Source: the human T2T-CHM13v2.0 reference genome, Homo sapiens. From it: a stretch of DNA of 64,000 nucleotides. The position numbers were made by a program, and so were the translations under genes. Shown here one piece after another: positions 12,894 through 25,689 of the stretch; positions within the stretch are counted from its first letter, which is position 1, and every line of letters starts with the position of its first letter. The DNA lies in assembly GCF_009914755.1 (NCBI RefSeq), contig NC_060927.1; one strand, given 5' to 3'. A model generated the notes under the pieces. It had not been told where the DNA came from. It searched no databases and was given only the letters and a program-made list of their open reading frames with translations.

Positions 12894-13410
12894 CAGGGCA
12901 TACTAAGAGCCCCCAGAGAACTTTAGGAAATTCTTTAGGTCGCACAGGTGGTGTTAGGGTCTTGGTCATGTCTGCTGACATGGTTACATAACATCCCACA
13001 CTTGTCTGAGAGTGTGGACCAGCAGGCAGGGAGTTCACCTGCCACTCCTGCTCCTTGGGCTTCAGGGAAGAGAGTTCCAGAAGGGCATGGCAATCTCAGG
13101 TGGGATGGGGGTGGGTGCATGGAGAGACCATCTTAGTAAAGGGCTGTGGGGCCATGTGGGGCCACTCTGGGGGAATGTTTTCTGCTGCTAGCAAGGAACA
13201 CCAGCAAATCCCATCTTGGGTGGCTCTGCTCCCTACACTCACACTTGTCACTCCCGGTCATAAACCCACTCCTCCTGGGGAAGGTTCACCATGTGCTCCC
13301 TGCTGGGTTCATTGTAAGTGATCAGAGGGGTAGTGCCATGGCTAGGTTCACACAGCACTAAATGGTGAGCACTAAGACAGGACCCACGGCCAGGTCTGTG
13401 AGCACACCCA
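12800..13410 (+). repeat. Copy A of a ~620-bp inverted local duplication (partner 56060-56697)
   Basis: Collinear by eye with the reverse complement of 56060-56697; 44-bp identity 12988-13031 = rc of 56467-56510; the ORF track shows 'NIPHLSESVDQQAG' on opposite strands at both sites. Confidence 0.95.
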
Positions 13411-14718
13411 GACCTAAATGTAAAACACAAAACTATGAAACTCCTAGAAGTTAACATTGGAGAAAATCTACATGACCTTGGGTTTGGTGATGACATTTTA
13501 GATACAACACCAAAGTCATGATCCATGAAAGAAGGAACTGATAAGCTGCACATCATTAAAAAAATTCTTTTCTGCCCAAGACACTGTCATCATAATAAAA
13601 AAAACAAGCCACAGGCTGGGAAGAATATATTTGCAAAAGACATATCTGCTAAAGGACTGTTATCCAAAATATACAAATAACTCTTAAAGCTCAACAATAA
13701 GAAAACAACTTGATTAAAAAACAGACTAAAGATCTGAACAGACACCTCACCAAAGAAGATTTACAGATGGCAAATAAACATGTGAAAAGATGACCCACAT
13801 CATATGTCATCAGGGAAAGGAAAATTAAAACAAAAATGAGATATCACTACAAATGTATTAGAATGGCCAAAATCCAAAACATTGACAACATCCAGTACTG
13901 GTGAGGATGTGGAGCAACAGACAGGAGCTCCCACTACTTGCTGGTGGGAATGCAAAATGAGACAGCTTCTTTGGAAGACAGTTTGGCAGTTTCTTATAAA
14001 AATAAACATGCTTTTACCATGGGATCCAGCAACTGTGCTCCTTGATATTTATCCAAAAGAGTTGAAAACTTATGTCCACACAAAAACCTGCACATGGACA
14101 TTTATTGAAGCTTTATTCGTACTTGCCAAAAATTGGAAGCAACCAAGATATTCTTCAGTAGGTGAATGGATAAATTATGATACATCCAGACAGTGGAATA
14201 TTATTCAACACTAAAAAGAAATGAGCTATCAAGGCATGAAAGGACACGGAGGAAACAAATGCATGTCACTAAGTGAAGGAAACTGGTCTGAAAATGCTCT
14301 AAACTGTATGATTCCAACTATATGACATTTTGGAAAAAGAAAAACTATGGAGATGGTAAAAAGGTCTGTAGTTCCCAGGAGTTAGCAGGGAAAAAGGGAA
14401 GAATAGGTGGGGCACAGAGGATTTTTAAGGTAGTGAAATTATTCTATGTGATACTACAATGGTGGATGCATGTCATATGTTTATTCAAACCCAAGTACGC
14501 CACCAAGAATGACCCCTAATGTAAACTGTGGACTTAGGGTGATACTAATGTGTCAGTGCAGGTTCAACAATGGTAACTAATGTACTACTCTGCTGAGGAA
14601 TGTTGATAATAGAGAAGGCTTTGCATTTATAGGGGCAGGGGATATATGAGAAATCTCTGTACTTTTCATTTAATTTTGTTGTGAACCTAAAACTACTCTT
14701 TAAAAATGTCCATTAAAA
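13411..14718 (+). mobile_element. L1MC1/2-like 3' portion (ORF2 C-terminus plus 3'UTR)
   Basis: ORF2 C-terminal remnant 13882-14214 (WWECK...LWKTVWQFL); L1MC 3'UTR 'aaatctctgtac...tgtgaacctaaaactactct'. Confidence 0.85.
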
Positions 14719-14879
14719 AGTGCCAGTTTTAATTATTTTCGACAGTGTGTTATTAATATTTACAAATTGAAACTTCCATGCTGTTCAGGGACAAATCAGA
14801 GTGTAAGGAAAGCATGAAAGCATCTCATTCTTTTAAAGACACTGACATAGAACCAATACCAGAACTTATACCTGAACTT

Positions 14880-16258
14880 GTATATGCATGCGTAGAAGCA
14901 GAGAGTATATGGAAAATCTCTGTATCTTCCACTGTAAACCTAAAACTTCTCTAAAATAAAATTGATTAAAATTCACTCAAAATGGGTCATAGATTTAAAT
15001 GCAAGAAATAAAACTATAAAACTTTTAGAAGAGAACACAGGAGAAAATATTTGGCACCTATAATTTGGTAACTAATTCTTAGACACAATACCTAACATAT
15101 GATCTATAAAAGAAATAAATAAATTAGATGTCATCAAAATTTTAACTTCTGCTCTCTGAAAGATCCTGTTAGCAGACGAAAAGGCAGCAACATGAAGAAA
15201 ATACTTGTAAACCACATATATGACAAAGGACTCCTATAAAATATATTTAAAATCTCTCAAAACTCAACAGTAAAATCACAAACAATCCCATTAAAAAATG
15301 GGCAAAAGGCATGAAGAGACATTTCACTGAGAAGAATATACAGATGGCAAATAAGTACATGAAAAGATGTTCAATACAACTATCCATTAGGGAAATGCAA
15401 ATTAAAATCACGATAAGATACCATTATGCAACTATTAGAAGAGCTAAAATAAAAAATAGTGACTATCAAGACTGGCAAGGATGCAGAGAAACTCATAAAT
15501 TGCTGGTGGAAATGTAAAATGGTACAGCCAATCTGGAAAATATTTGGCAGATTCTTAAGAACTAAACTTACACTTACAGAACAACCCAGCAATCACACTC
15601 CTGGGCATTTACCCCAGAAAAATGAGACTTATGTCCATATAAAAACCAGAACATGAATGTTCATTGCCGTTTTATTTGTAATAGCTGAAACCAGGAAACA
15701 ACCAAAATGTCATTCAATGTGTGAAAGGCTAAACAAACTGCAGTACATCCATACCATGAAATACTAACCATTGATAAAAAGAAACAAACTATTGATACAC
15801 ACAACTTGGATGGATCTCAATGGTATTATGTTGAGTGAAAAAAGCCAATCCCAAAAGGTCACATACTGTATGATTCCATTTATATAACATTCTTGAAATG
15901 ACAAAATTATAGAGAAGGAGAACAAATTAGTGGTTGTCAGGGGTTAGAAATGATGAGTGGGAGGAGGTGGGTATGATTATGAAGGGTTAGCATGAGGGAT
16001 ATCTCTGTGGTAATGGAATAATTCTGTACCTTGATTGTGATGGTGGTTACAACAATTTATACATGTAATAAAATGATATAGAACTATATATACACACTGT
16101 ACCAATGTCAGTTTCCTGGTTGTGATAATGTACTATAGTTATACAGCAACTAACCATTAGGAGAAATTGGGTGAAGGGTTCATAGAACCTCTCTGTATTA
16201 CTTTTACAACTTTCTCTGAATCTATAATTATATCAAAATAGTTTTAAAAATGAAAAAA
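14880..16258 (+). mobile_element. Short second L1MC terminus followed by an L1MD-like 3' portion
   Basis: ORF2 remnants 15311-15656 ([19 protein letters not shown]; WWKCKMVQPIWK); 3'UTR 'gggtgaagggttcatagaacctctctgtattac'. Confidence 0.8.
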
Positions 16259-16842
16259 GTAAAACACTGTATCGTATGAGTTTATATTGATACTGTCAAT
16301 TCAAATTTAGGATTACAGAGTAAATTTCACTGATCTGACATCTGTGTCTCCTTTCCCCGATACTGAATATCCTGATTCTCAATGACACTGTCATAATTAC
16401 CCATTTTCTTTCTTTTTCTTTTTCCCACAATATGTATGTATCCAACAGACTCAGAATAATAATACCAATACCTCCACCAACAGGTGATTATTGAAAACAA
16501 CTGAAGAATTATCTTGCAGTTATTTCTGTCTTTAGGGAGTATCCTACTAGAGATGTACAGGTAATTTAGAATCACTTAGAATATTTTCTCTTTGGAGGCT
16601 ATGCTACCAATGGCTATACATCTTTGTTCATCTGTTTAATTTTGCTTTTGATTTTAAGAATTGCTTTTTAAAGATTCAATTTTGTTCTGCAACTATGTAA
16701 ATTTTCACTTGGTTTCAAGTGAAATCCTCAAGACTAGATATATTCAAAGAGGCCTACATTTTATCCCTTTTATCCACATCTATCTATAGGCAATCATGTA
16801 AAAATTGTATGGTTTTTTCTTCTATTTTAAAATATTCATCTT

Positions 16843-19159
16843 CAAGGATGGCTTAACATATGCAAATCAATAAATGTGATTCACCACATAAGCAGAATTA
16901 AAAACAAAAGCCATGTGATCATCTCAGTAGATGTAGAAAAAGAATCTGACAAAATCCAACATCCCTTCATGATAAAAACCCTCAACAAAATAGGCATTGA
17001 AGGAGCATACCTCAAAATAATAAGAGCTATCTATGACAAATCCACAATCAACATCATACTGAATGGGCAAAAGCTGAAAGCATTCCCTCTAAGAACTGGA
17101 ACAAGACGAGGATGTCCACTCTTACCACTTCTATTCCACATGGTACTGGAAGTCCTAACCAAAGCAATCAGGCAAGAGAAATAAATAAAAGCATCCAAAT
17201 AGGAAAAGAGGAAGTCAAATTATGCCTTTTCACTGATGATATGATTGTATATTTAGAAAACTCTGAAGATTCCACCAAAAGATTCCTAGGCCCGATAAAT
17301 GACTTCAGCAAAGTCTGAAGATACAAAATCAATGTACAAAAATCAGTTGCATTTCTATACACCGATAATGTTCAAGCTGAGAACCAAATCAAGAATGCAA
17401 TCCCATTTACAATAGCCACGCACAAAAATACCTTGGAATATATCTAACCAAGGAGGTGAAAGATCTCTGTAAGGAGAATTACAAATCACTGCTGAAAGAA
17501 GTCATAGACAAAACAAACAAATGGAAAAGAATTCCATGCTCATGGATAGGAAGAATCAATATTGTTAAAATGTTCACACTGCCCAATGCAATCTACAGAT
17601 TCAATGCTATTCCTATCAAATTACCAATGTTATTTTTTACAGAACTAGAAAAAATTATTCTAAAATTCACACAGGACCAAAAAGGAGCCCAAATAGACAA
17701 GGCAATCGTAAATAAAAAGAATAAAGCTGGAGGCATCACAACTTCATTGCATTACACAACCTCAAACTATACTACAAGGCTACAGTAGCCAAAACAGCAT
17801 GGTACTGGTACAAAAATAGACACATAGACCAATAGAACAGAATACAGACCATTGAAAACAAGCTGCACACCTACAACCAACTGATCTTTGACAATTCAAC
17901 AAAAATGAATAATGGGGTAAGTATACTGTATTCAATAAATGGTATAGGGGAAACTGGCTAACCATATGCAGAAGAATGAAACTGGACCCCTACCTCTCAT
18001 CATAAACAAAAATTAACTAAAGACAGATTAAAGACTTAAATGTAAGACCCTGAAACAATAAAAATCCTAGAAGAAAACCTAGGAAATATCCTTCTAGACA
18101 TTGACCTAGACAAATAATTTATGACTAAGTCCTCAAAAGCAATTGCAATGAAAACAAAAATTGACAAGTGAGACCTGATTAAACTGAAGAGCTTCTGCCC
18201 AGCAAAATAAACTATCAACAGAGTAAACAGACAACCTACAGAATGAGAAAAATATTTGCAAATTATGCATTCAACAAAGGACCCATATCCAGAATCTATA
18301 AAGAACTTAAACAAATCAAGAACAAAAAACCCATTAAAAAGTGGTCAAAATACATAAACAGACACTTATCAAAAGAAGACATACAAGCAGACAACAAACA
18401 TATCAAAAGATGCTCAACATCACTAATCATCGGGGAGATGCAAATCAAAACCATAATGAGATTTGGTTTTGATCACACCAGTTAGATGGCTATTATTAAA
18501 AAGTCAGAAAATAACAGATATTGGCGAGGTTGAAGAGAAAAGGGAACACATATACACTGTTGGTGGGAATGCAAATAAGTCTAGATACTATGAAAAGCAG
18601 TTTGGAGATTTCCCAAAAAACTAACAGTAGAATTATCATTTGACCCATCAACCTCATTACTGGGTATATGTTGAAAAGAAAATAAATCTACCAAAAAGAC
18701 ACCTGCACTCATATGTTCATTGCAGCACCGTTCCCAATAGCAAAGACATAGAGTCAAACTAGGGGCCCATTAATGGTGGATCAGATAAAAAAATGTGATA
18801 TGTACACAGCATGGAATACTACACAGCCATAAGAAAGAATGGAATCACGTCCTTTGCAGCAACATGGATGCAACTGAAGGCCATTATCCTAAGCAAATTA
18901 ACACAGGAGCAAAAAACCAAATACCACATGTTCTCACTTATAGGTGGAGGCTAAACACACGTACATAAAGATTGGGGTAATAAACACTGGAGATTCCAAA
19001 AGAGGGAAGGGATGGGGCAAGGGTTACAAAACTACCTATTGGATACTATGTTTACTACTTGGGCAATGGGATTATTAGAAGCCCAAACCTCAGCATCACA
19101 CAATATAACCATGTAACAAACCTGCACATTTACTCCTTGAATCTAAAATAAAATAAAAA
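16843..19159 (+). mobile_element. 5'-truncated L1PA15/16-like element (RT to 3'UTR), ORF2 disrupted
   Basis: RT remnants '[14 protein letters not shown]' and '[13 protein letters not shown]' (FADD region); 3'UTR 'aaacctcagcatcacacaatataaccatgtaacaaacctgcac' then an A-rich tail. Confidence 0.92.
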
Positions 19160-21074
19160 TGCGTCTTATTTATATGGATATGCATATATGTTTATATCTT
19201 TATGTCTACCACTTTTTAGGAATGATACAAACTTCACTACATTGAAATTGTTATTCAAATATTTATCCTGACAATGGCTTCTTTATACCACGCAGAACTA
19301 TTCCTTGTTGACAGCTGCATAACACTCCGTTGTTTGGATGTACCAAATTTACTCAATAAGTTTTGTATTGATAGTTGTTTACACTGTTTCCAGTTATCTG
19401 CAGTTGTAAATTACATGGCAGCAAATAGTCATTTGCGTGTATCTTTTCTTACCTTTGCCAGTGTAACCTTGGCATACATACCTAGAAGTGGGATTGCTGG
19501 ACTAAACAGTAATTTTTATAGATATATCGACTACTTTTGATTTGTCAAAAAGAAAACCCAATGAAACACTAAGGTGGAATGTGGAATTCCACTTTCTGTG
19601 GAATTTAATTCTGTGAGAATGACCATGAATTTGTACATCCTTGGTTCTTCTTCAGGGTAGTGGAATGCTCCTGTAGTGTGGATCACAGGGTCATCACTGT
19701 GAGATTCGGAAGGTGAGGCTTCTGCCTGCCCCACTCCCAGCTCCTGGATGGTTTCTGGACAGTGAGCTGAATCAGGTGAATATCCATGGTGGTGCCAAGC
19801 AAGATCTCAAGTCATCCCTAGGACCTCCTCTGATCTCTGGCCTCCCGGGGAAGTCTCAGCACCATCTTTGTGCTGCTCTTTAACCATCTTTTGATGTTAC
19901 AGGACCTCTCTGAGTCCCAGGCATCACACTTATTCAATCTTCCCACCCTAGGAAATGAATGCTTATGACAGCCAAAGTAAAAAGCAAAGGCTACTTTTTA
20001 AATTATTACTATCAAAACACAATTTAACATTTGAAGCTATTTACAAGGAATACCTTAATGGCAACGCAAGAGCAAACCTGGTTTGTCCACTCCCAAGTCT
20101 GTTCTCTGAAGCAATTAAACTGAGACAGCTTGAGGTTGTGGAGGAAACCCCAGTGTCTGGGACAAAACCTGGAGGGCTTTGGGAAAATTGTCCAGCCTAT
20201 CTGGGCTTCAGATTTCTTATCTGTAAAATGAGGACTTGGGGCCAACTCCAAATTCTGTAATACTAAGATTTAGCAATTTTGGAATATGGACTGTAGAAGT
20301 GGAGTGGGACAAAGTGGGTGGAAGGGATGTGCATTAAACATTCTGTAAAAAAGTTAGGGCTAAAGAAAGTACCAAGATTTGCTGCTGTCAGAGAATCTTC
20401 AATTAAGCATTGCTTCCACTTTTGCTTATTTTCTTCTCCAGTGCTTTGTAATCCTCTCCAGCCAATTTACAAAATGCCCCTCTATGCTCTGGGGAGGATT
20501 ATATTTCAATAGGAGCAACATTTGATTATCTGGAAGAGCTTAGCAGGGACCAGTGGCCACCACTGGTGACAGTGACTAATGAAAGACCCTGGCAGACAGC
20601 ATGTGATCACAGACGAGTATTATGTGTCTGTGCGTCCATCCTTAGTTAAATCGAAGGGTCCAATTTGGTCTGCTGAACAAACATATTTGTGGAGGCTTAT
20701 TGAACACAAAATTAATTTAGGAGACATTAATCTAAAGAAACTCAACTGACAGCAACAGTAATGGTGTTTAATGGAAGACAAAGTGAAAAAAAAAAAAAAG
20801 AGCCAGGCCTGCCACATTCTTTCCCTTTGTTGAGAAAATATAAGTATCCCCAGGGCTTTAATAGACTCTAATCCTTTCTCTTGAACAATTTGGCCTCTGA
20901 ATAGACCAAGTGAGCAAAATAGGATCCCGAAGAATGCACAATCTCAGGGAGAAATGTCCTGAAGTCATGCTGGTTTTGGAATGAGAAGCCGTCTGCCCAC
21001 CAGTGCACCTTCTCTTTCTACTCTTGCTTTCTTGCATATGTTTGAGTTGGGATTTATTTACATTAGTCTATGCC

Positions 21075-21240
21075 CTGGCTTCTCACAGTGTGGTTCACAG
21101 ACCAACACTACCAGTATCACTTGGGAGCTTGTTAGAAACGCAGACTCTCAGGCCCTGCCACAGACCTGCTGAATTAGAATCTACATTTTAGCCTGATACC
21201 CAGGTGATTTCTAAGCACTTTAGAGTTTGAGAAGCCTTGT
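21075..21240. mobile_element. MER5A-type DNA transposon
   Basis: 'tcacttgggagcttgttagaaacgcagactctcaggccc...cacagacctgctgaattagaatctacatttt...agtttgagaagc'. Confidence 0.85.
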
Positions 21241-21789
21241 TTCCTAAAGTTTTCTCCTTGAAGAGAAATTGAAACAATCTAACTTCTGATAATGCAGAAA
21301 ACCAAGAACTGTCTGATAATTTTCCCATCTACATTTATGACTAACTAAAGACTTGTGCAGAAAACTTGAAAAAAATAGTGGAGAAGCACAAAGGAAAACA
21401 CAATCACCTGTAATCTTGTGAACCCAATGTAACTATGATTAACATTTTAGGGTGTGTCCTTCCAGTCTTTGTTCAATATATGCTTATGTATTATTTTTAA
21501 ATACAAAAGGTAATCCCTCGTTCATTGATTGGGGATATCGTAATGAACAAGACTGGTAAAGTTCATGGGGAAGCCAATATGCAAGCAGATGAGACATAAC
21601 CAGTACTGTACCCTGGACAGGCCCCATCCTGCTTCCTTTTCCCAATCTCTGCTTTCTTGACCCCTATATCCTTGTATTTGACCCATAGTTCCAGAGAGGC
21701 AGTAATGATTTCCCCTAATTGGCTGTTATTGACCTTCCTCTCATTCACCCTCCTTATAATTCTTCTTTCTTTAGGTTTTGTTAATTACA

Positions 21790-21995
21790 AGATTAGCTAA
21801 CATTTACTGGGTACTTACAAAGTGCCAGGTGCTGTTCTAAGTGCTTTGCATGTATGATCTCCAATCCTTGCAACAATTCTATCAGGTACTGTTATTAACA
21901 TTCGCATTTTACAGTTTAGGAAACTATCCAAGGTCACCCAGATAGTAACTGGCAATCAATCTCCAGGGCCAGAGCCAGCATTGAGCTGATACACT
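21790..21995 (-). mobile_element. MIR SINE
   Basis: 'agctaacatttactgggtacttac...gtgccaggtgctgttctaagtgctttgcatg...cattttacag'. Confidence 0.8.
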
Positions 21996-23197
21996 GATTC
22001 ATGCTAGAGTGTTGATGAATAATAACTAATATGTATTTCATCTTGGCATTTAATAGGCAACTGCCAGAGACCAGACCATTTAATCCAAAAGAATGAACCT
22101 CTGATTCTGATATTTTAGGAAGAGAGGATGGTCATTGAGGTGAAAAGATGGTAGAAGAGGATCTTTCATGTATACCCTATTTCGTATCATTTAATTTTCA
22201 TGATCTTATTGCTTTCTTTTGGTTAAATGGGGAACCCCCAAAAAGAAGCTTTTTTGGAAATTTAGCCTCTTGTAACATTGCCCATTTTAAATTCCCAGCC
22301 ATACAAATGTTTGCCCAGAAGCCTCCTACTCATCCTTCAAGACTCAGCACCAAAACTTCCTGCTCCTTGAAGTCTTTCCTGCATTACCCAGGCTGAGCAG
22401 AACTTTCTCTCTCTGTTGTAACATGCTCTTACCACTTCCTAGTGCTAGAACTCTGAGTATGTCACTTGGTCTTTCCAAGGCTCAGTCCCCTCATCTGTAA
22501 GACGGTGATAATCACGGGGTGTATATGATAGGACCGTGGTGAAGGGCTGCAGAAGATATGCACAGTTCCATGACCAACATGCAGAAAACACCCAGTAATG
22601 GTATCTCTTGTGTCCATCTCATAGTGCAGCCTTTTATCTTATTTGCATGTCTATCTTCCGTCTTTGACTGTTTCAGAAACAAGAACTATGTCTTACTCAT
22701 TTTTGTATCTCTAGGAACTAGTAGAGACCCAGAATTGGTATTCCATGAATAAAAGCAATAGTTGGAAAAAAAAAGAATCAGGCAAACAATGTTACTAGGC
22801 AAGAAGTTATATGTTAATAGGAAAGAAATTAAGACAAGTATTTTATTTATGATGACATCTCATGCTCTAGGGCATACAGGTACAGGAGGACACTGTTTAT
22901 AGAGGGTATGAGTAAATATTTTACATGTTTCTAAAAGTTTGACTTAAAAATCCTGATTAAGTAAATGTCCATTGATCTTGCCTCTCCCTTCATATTTGTG
23001 GCCATAGTGAGTGGTTTGGTATATTAGTCAGTGTCAGTCTTTGTAATTAGGTTTAAGGAGGATTTGTCATTAGTTTAGGAGTAATTTAAGCTGATCAGTG
23101 AATTGAAAAATACCTAGGAAAGAAAGTTAAAAGGATCCAGTACCAACTGATAGTAGAAGAAAAAAGCTTCAGAGCAAGTTATTACTAAGATGATAGA

Positions 23198-23202
<5 letters not shown>

Positions 23203-23236
<34 letters not shown>
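23203..23236. repeat. (TG)17 microsatellite
   Basis: Perfect 34-bp TG run. Confidence 0.97.
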
Positions 23237-23240
<4 letters not shown>

Positions 23241-25689
23241 CACAGAGAATAGTTTTATACATCCTAAATTACATTTGCATTGATTTGGGTATAGAGTCAC
23301 CTCAATTCTTTACCATAGACAAAGTGAGAGTACTCTGGTAGTTTGGGGCTCTAGATTTGCTAAAAGGGCTTTAGAATTGATATAAGGAATTTAAATTTAA
23401 ATAAAGAAGGATCTTTTGAGACCATGTTGAACTATGTTACCTTATTCCTAGGTTATAGAGAAAGGCCTAGTGGTAGCCTCTACCTGAATCTATTTTTTTA
23501 AATATGAGTTTTTTGCTCTAAAAAAAATCCTGGTTAATGAATTTCTTTGGGAATTTTATGCAATTTTATGAACAGAAAACAACTACAAGTGACTTCCACA
23601 AATTTCCTAGCTTAGTATTAGCAAAGGAAGACTATTATTAGAAAAACAAAGAATAACAATGGCTTGGAACAATTTTAGACCCCTTAAGATTAAATAATAG
23701 CAATACTTACTATAATTATATTAAGATTGAATTTCTCCAAAAGGCTCAATAATAATTATCTCCCAGCTTCTGATTGAGCTCTTTGGCCTCTTCTGACTGA
23801 CAGCAGAGCTTGAAATGGAGAACTTTCCCTCCAGATGGCCACTCTGACATAGCATCTGCAGCCTCTGAAAGTTGGGTTCATGCCCATTGCCCCAAATTTT
23901 GTTAAAAAGGAAGTGTTCTTGGCTTGCAGCTAAACTGCATGCTTCAGCTTTGTTTCTTTTTAATTTGTTTTTCCTCTTAGTACAACATTATTTCTTCTGT
24001 TGGCCATAGTCCTGAATGACCAACGGGACATGAAAGATGTTTTGTAAATGCTACCTAGGCTAGATCAACATGGTTACCTCACTTTCCAGTCAGTGTAACC
24101 AAGATCCTCCCAACACTCTCAGCCACTATCTGGTGTTCCTAGATGTCCTGAAGGGGAGAGAGGAGAGAGACACAGGCCAAGTTAACTGCAGAAAATGCAT
24201 AGGTTCCAGATCATCGCTCTGTCAGAGGACTGTCATTCTGGGTCTCATGTTTGGGCTTTTGATAGAGTAGGAGAACAAAACTCATTGAATCATTAATTCA
24301 TGCTTTGAAGCAGTGAACACTGCATTCCTACTTTGTTCTAGACTTTGATCCAGTTGCTGGAGATATAAATGTACACAAAGACACAGCCCCTTCTGAGAAT
24401 GAGCAAAAGGGCAAATTGTGACAAGTAGACATGTAAAAACGTATCTGTGGCATAGTGTGTTGTAGTAAGAGAGATATGTAACAGGGGAGCTCCCAGTCTC
24501 ACTTTATGAATGAAAAGATAGCAATGGGGAAGTGGCCATTTTCACAGTCAGCCCTCTACTGTCTTCTCTGGGAGTTGGCTCCTGTTCTGTTCTGGTCTAA
24601 AGTGTAATTCTTTATCTATTTGTCTATCATTTATTCATCACCCATCCATTCATTTAACAAACATTAAATACCTACCAAGTGTCAGGCACCTTCACAGTTT
24701 TCAGGAATATAAATATGAGTTCCTCTTCTCAGAGATTCTATAAGTAGATAAGCAGAAAAACCTTTAGAATGGAATGTGACAAGTGCACTGTTAGGGATGT
24801 GTGCATACAAGAGGGCCTGGTGATTAAATCTTTAAAGGCTGCATGGAAAGGGATTGATCTGCTGAGGCTATTAGATAGGGTTGAGAAGTCTGGACTTGCC
24901 CCATTTGCATAATGGCGACTCACTGGGTGAGTGACATAGGCAGAGAAGGCCATTTGAATCACTTTCAGTTGAATAACATACATAACATTTTCTGGTGCAG
25001 CATGTATGGTCAGAGATAGAATTTCAAAACAGATGTTTTCCAAAAATGGTATGATATGGTGATAAGATGTTTTATAGTTAGCAGAACCCATGTATGTTTC
25101 AGGTATTTTCATCTGTAATTACCTTGCAAATCCTGGGGCATTGGTTAAGGAAAGATTTGTTTTCGTCATGACATACCAGCATTACAGATGTGACTCACTG
25201 AGATAAACTCTCAAACGGGGTATACCTGGCCTCTACCTTGTGAGGCAACGAGGGATTGGGGTAGGAATGGGCCTCTAAATGAGTGTTGGAGGCTCCTTGA
25301 CCTGGCTTTCATTCTCAGATCTACTACCTTACTTGGGCAAGTTTCTTACACTTTCTAGTCTTTAGTTTTTCTATTTGTAAAATCGAGAACAGAATAACAC
25401 CCGTCTCATAGGTTTGTATTTAAGAATTAATAAAATAATTAAGGTTACAATGGGTTTTTCAGTAGCAGTTGAAGATTTAAGTGAAAGTAATTAGGAAGAG
25501 AACTTAAGAAAAGGTTTTTTGTTTTATGAAAGAAGAAAGGCAATTATATATATATATATTTTTTTTCCTAAATGAGTCTCTGATTTGAAAGTCCACACTT
25601 CAAATACACAACCTTCTATTTTGTTCCATTGTTCAGTCTATCTATTCATTCATTCTTGATTTAATAAATATAGATTTATAGCACATTTA

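Noticed and set aside
12948-13136. Shared peptide NIPHLSESVDQQAG (also in ORF 56440-56703) as a duplicated coding exon
   Set aside because: Identity is at the nucleotide level with no synonymous-site pattern, flanking indels break the frame and no matching splice sites bound it
16876-18485. Reverse-transcriptase-like ORFs as a novel RT system
   Set aside because: Frameshifted, stop-riddled L1PA ORF2 of an ordinary 5'-truncated LINE-1
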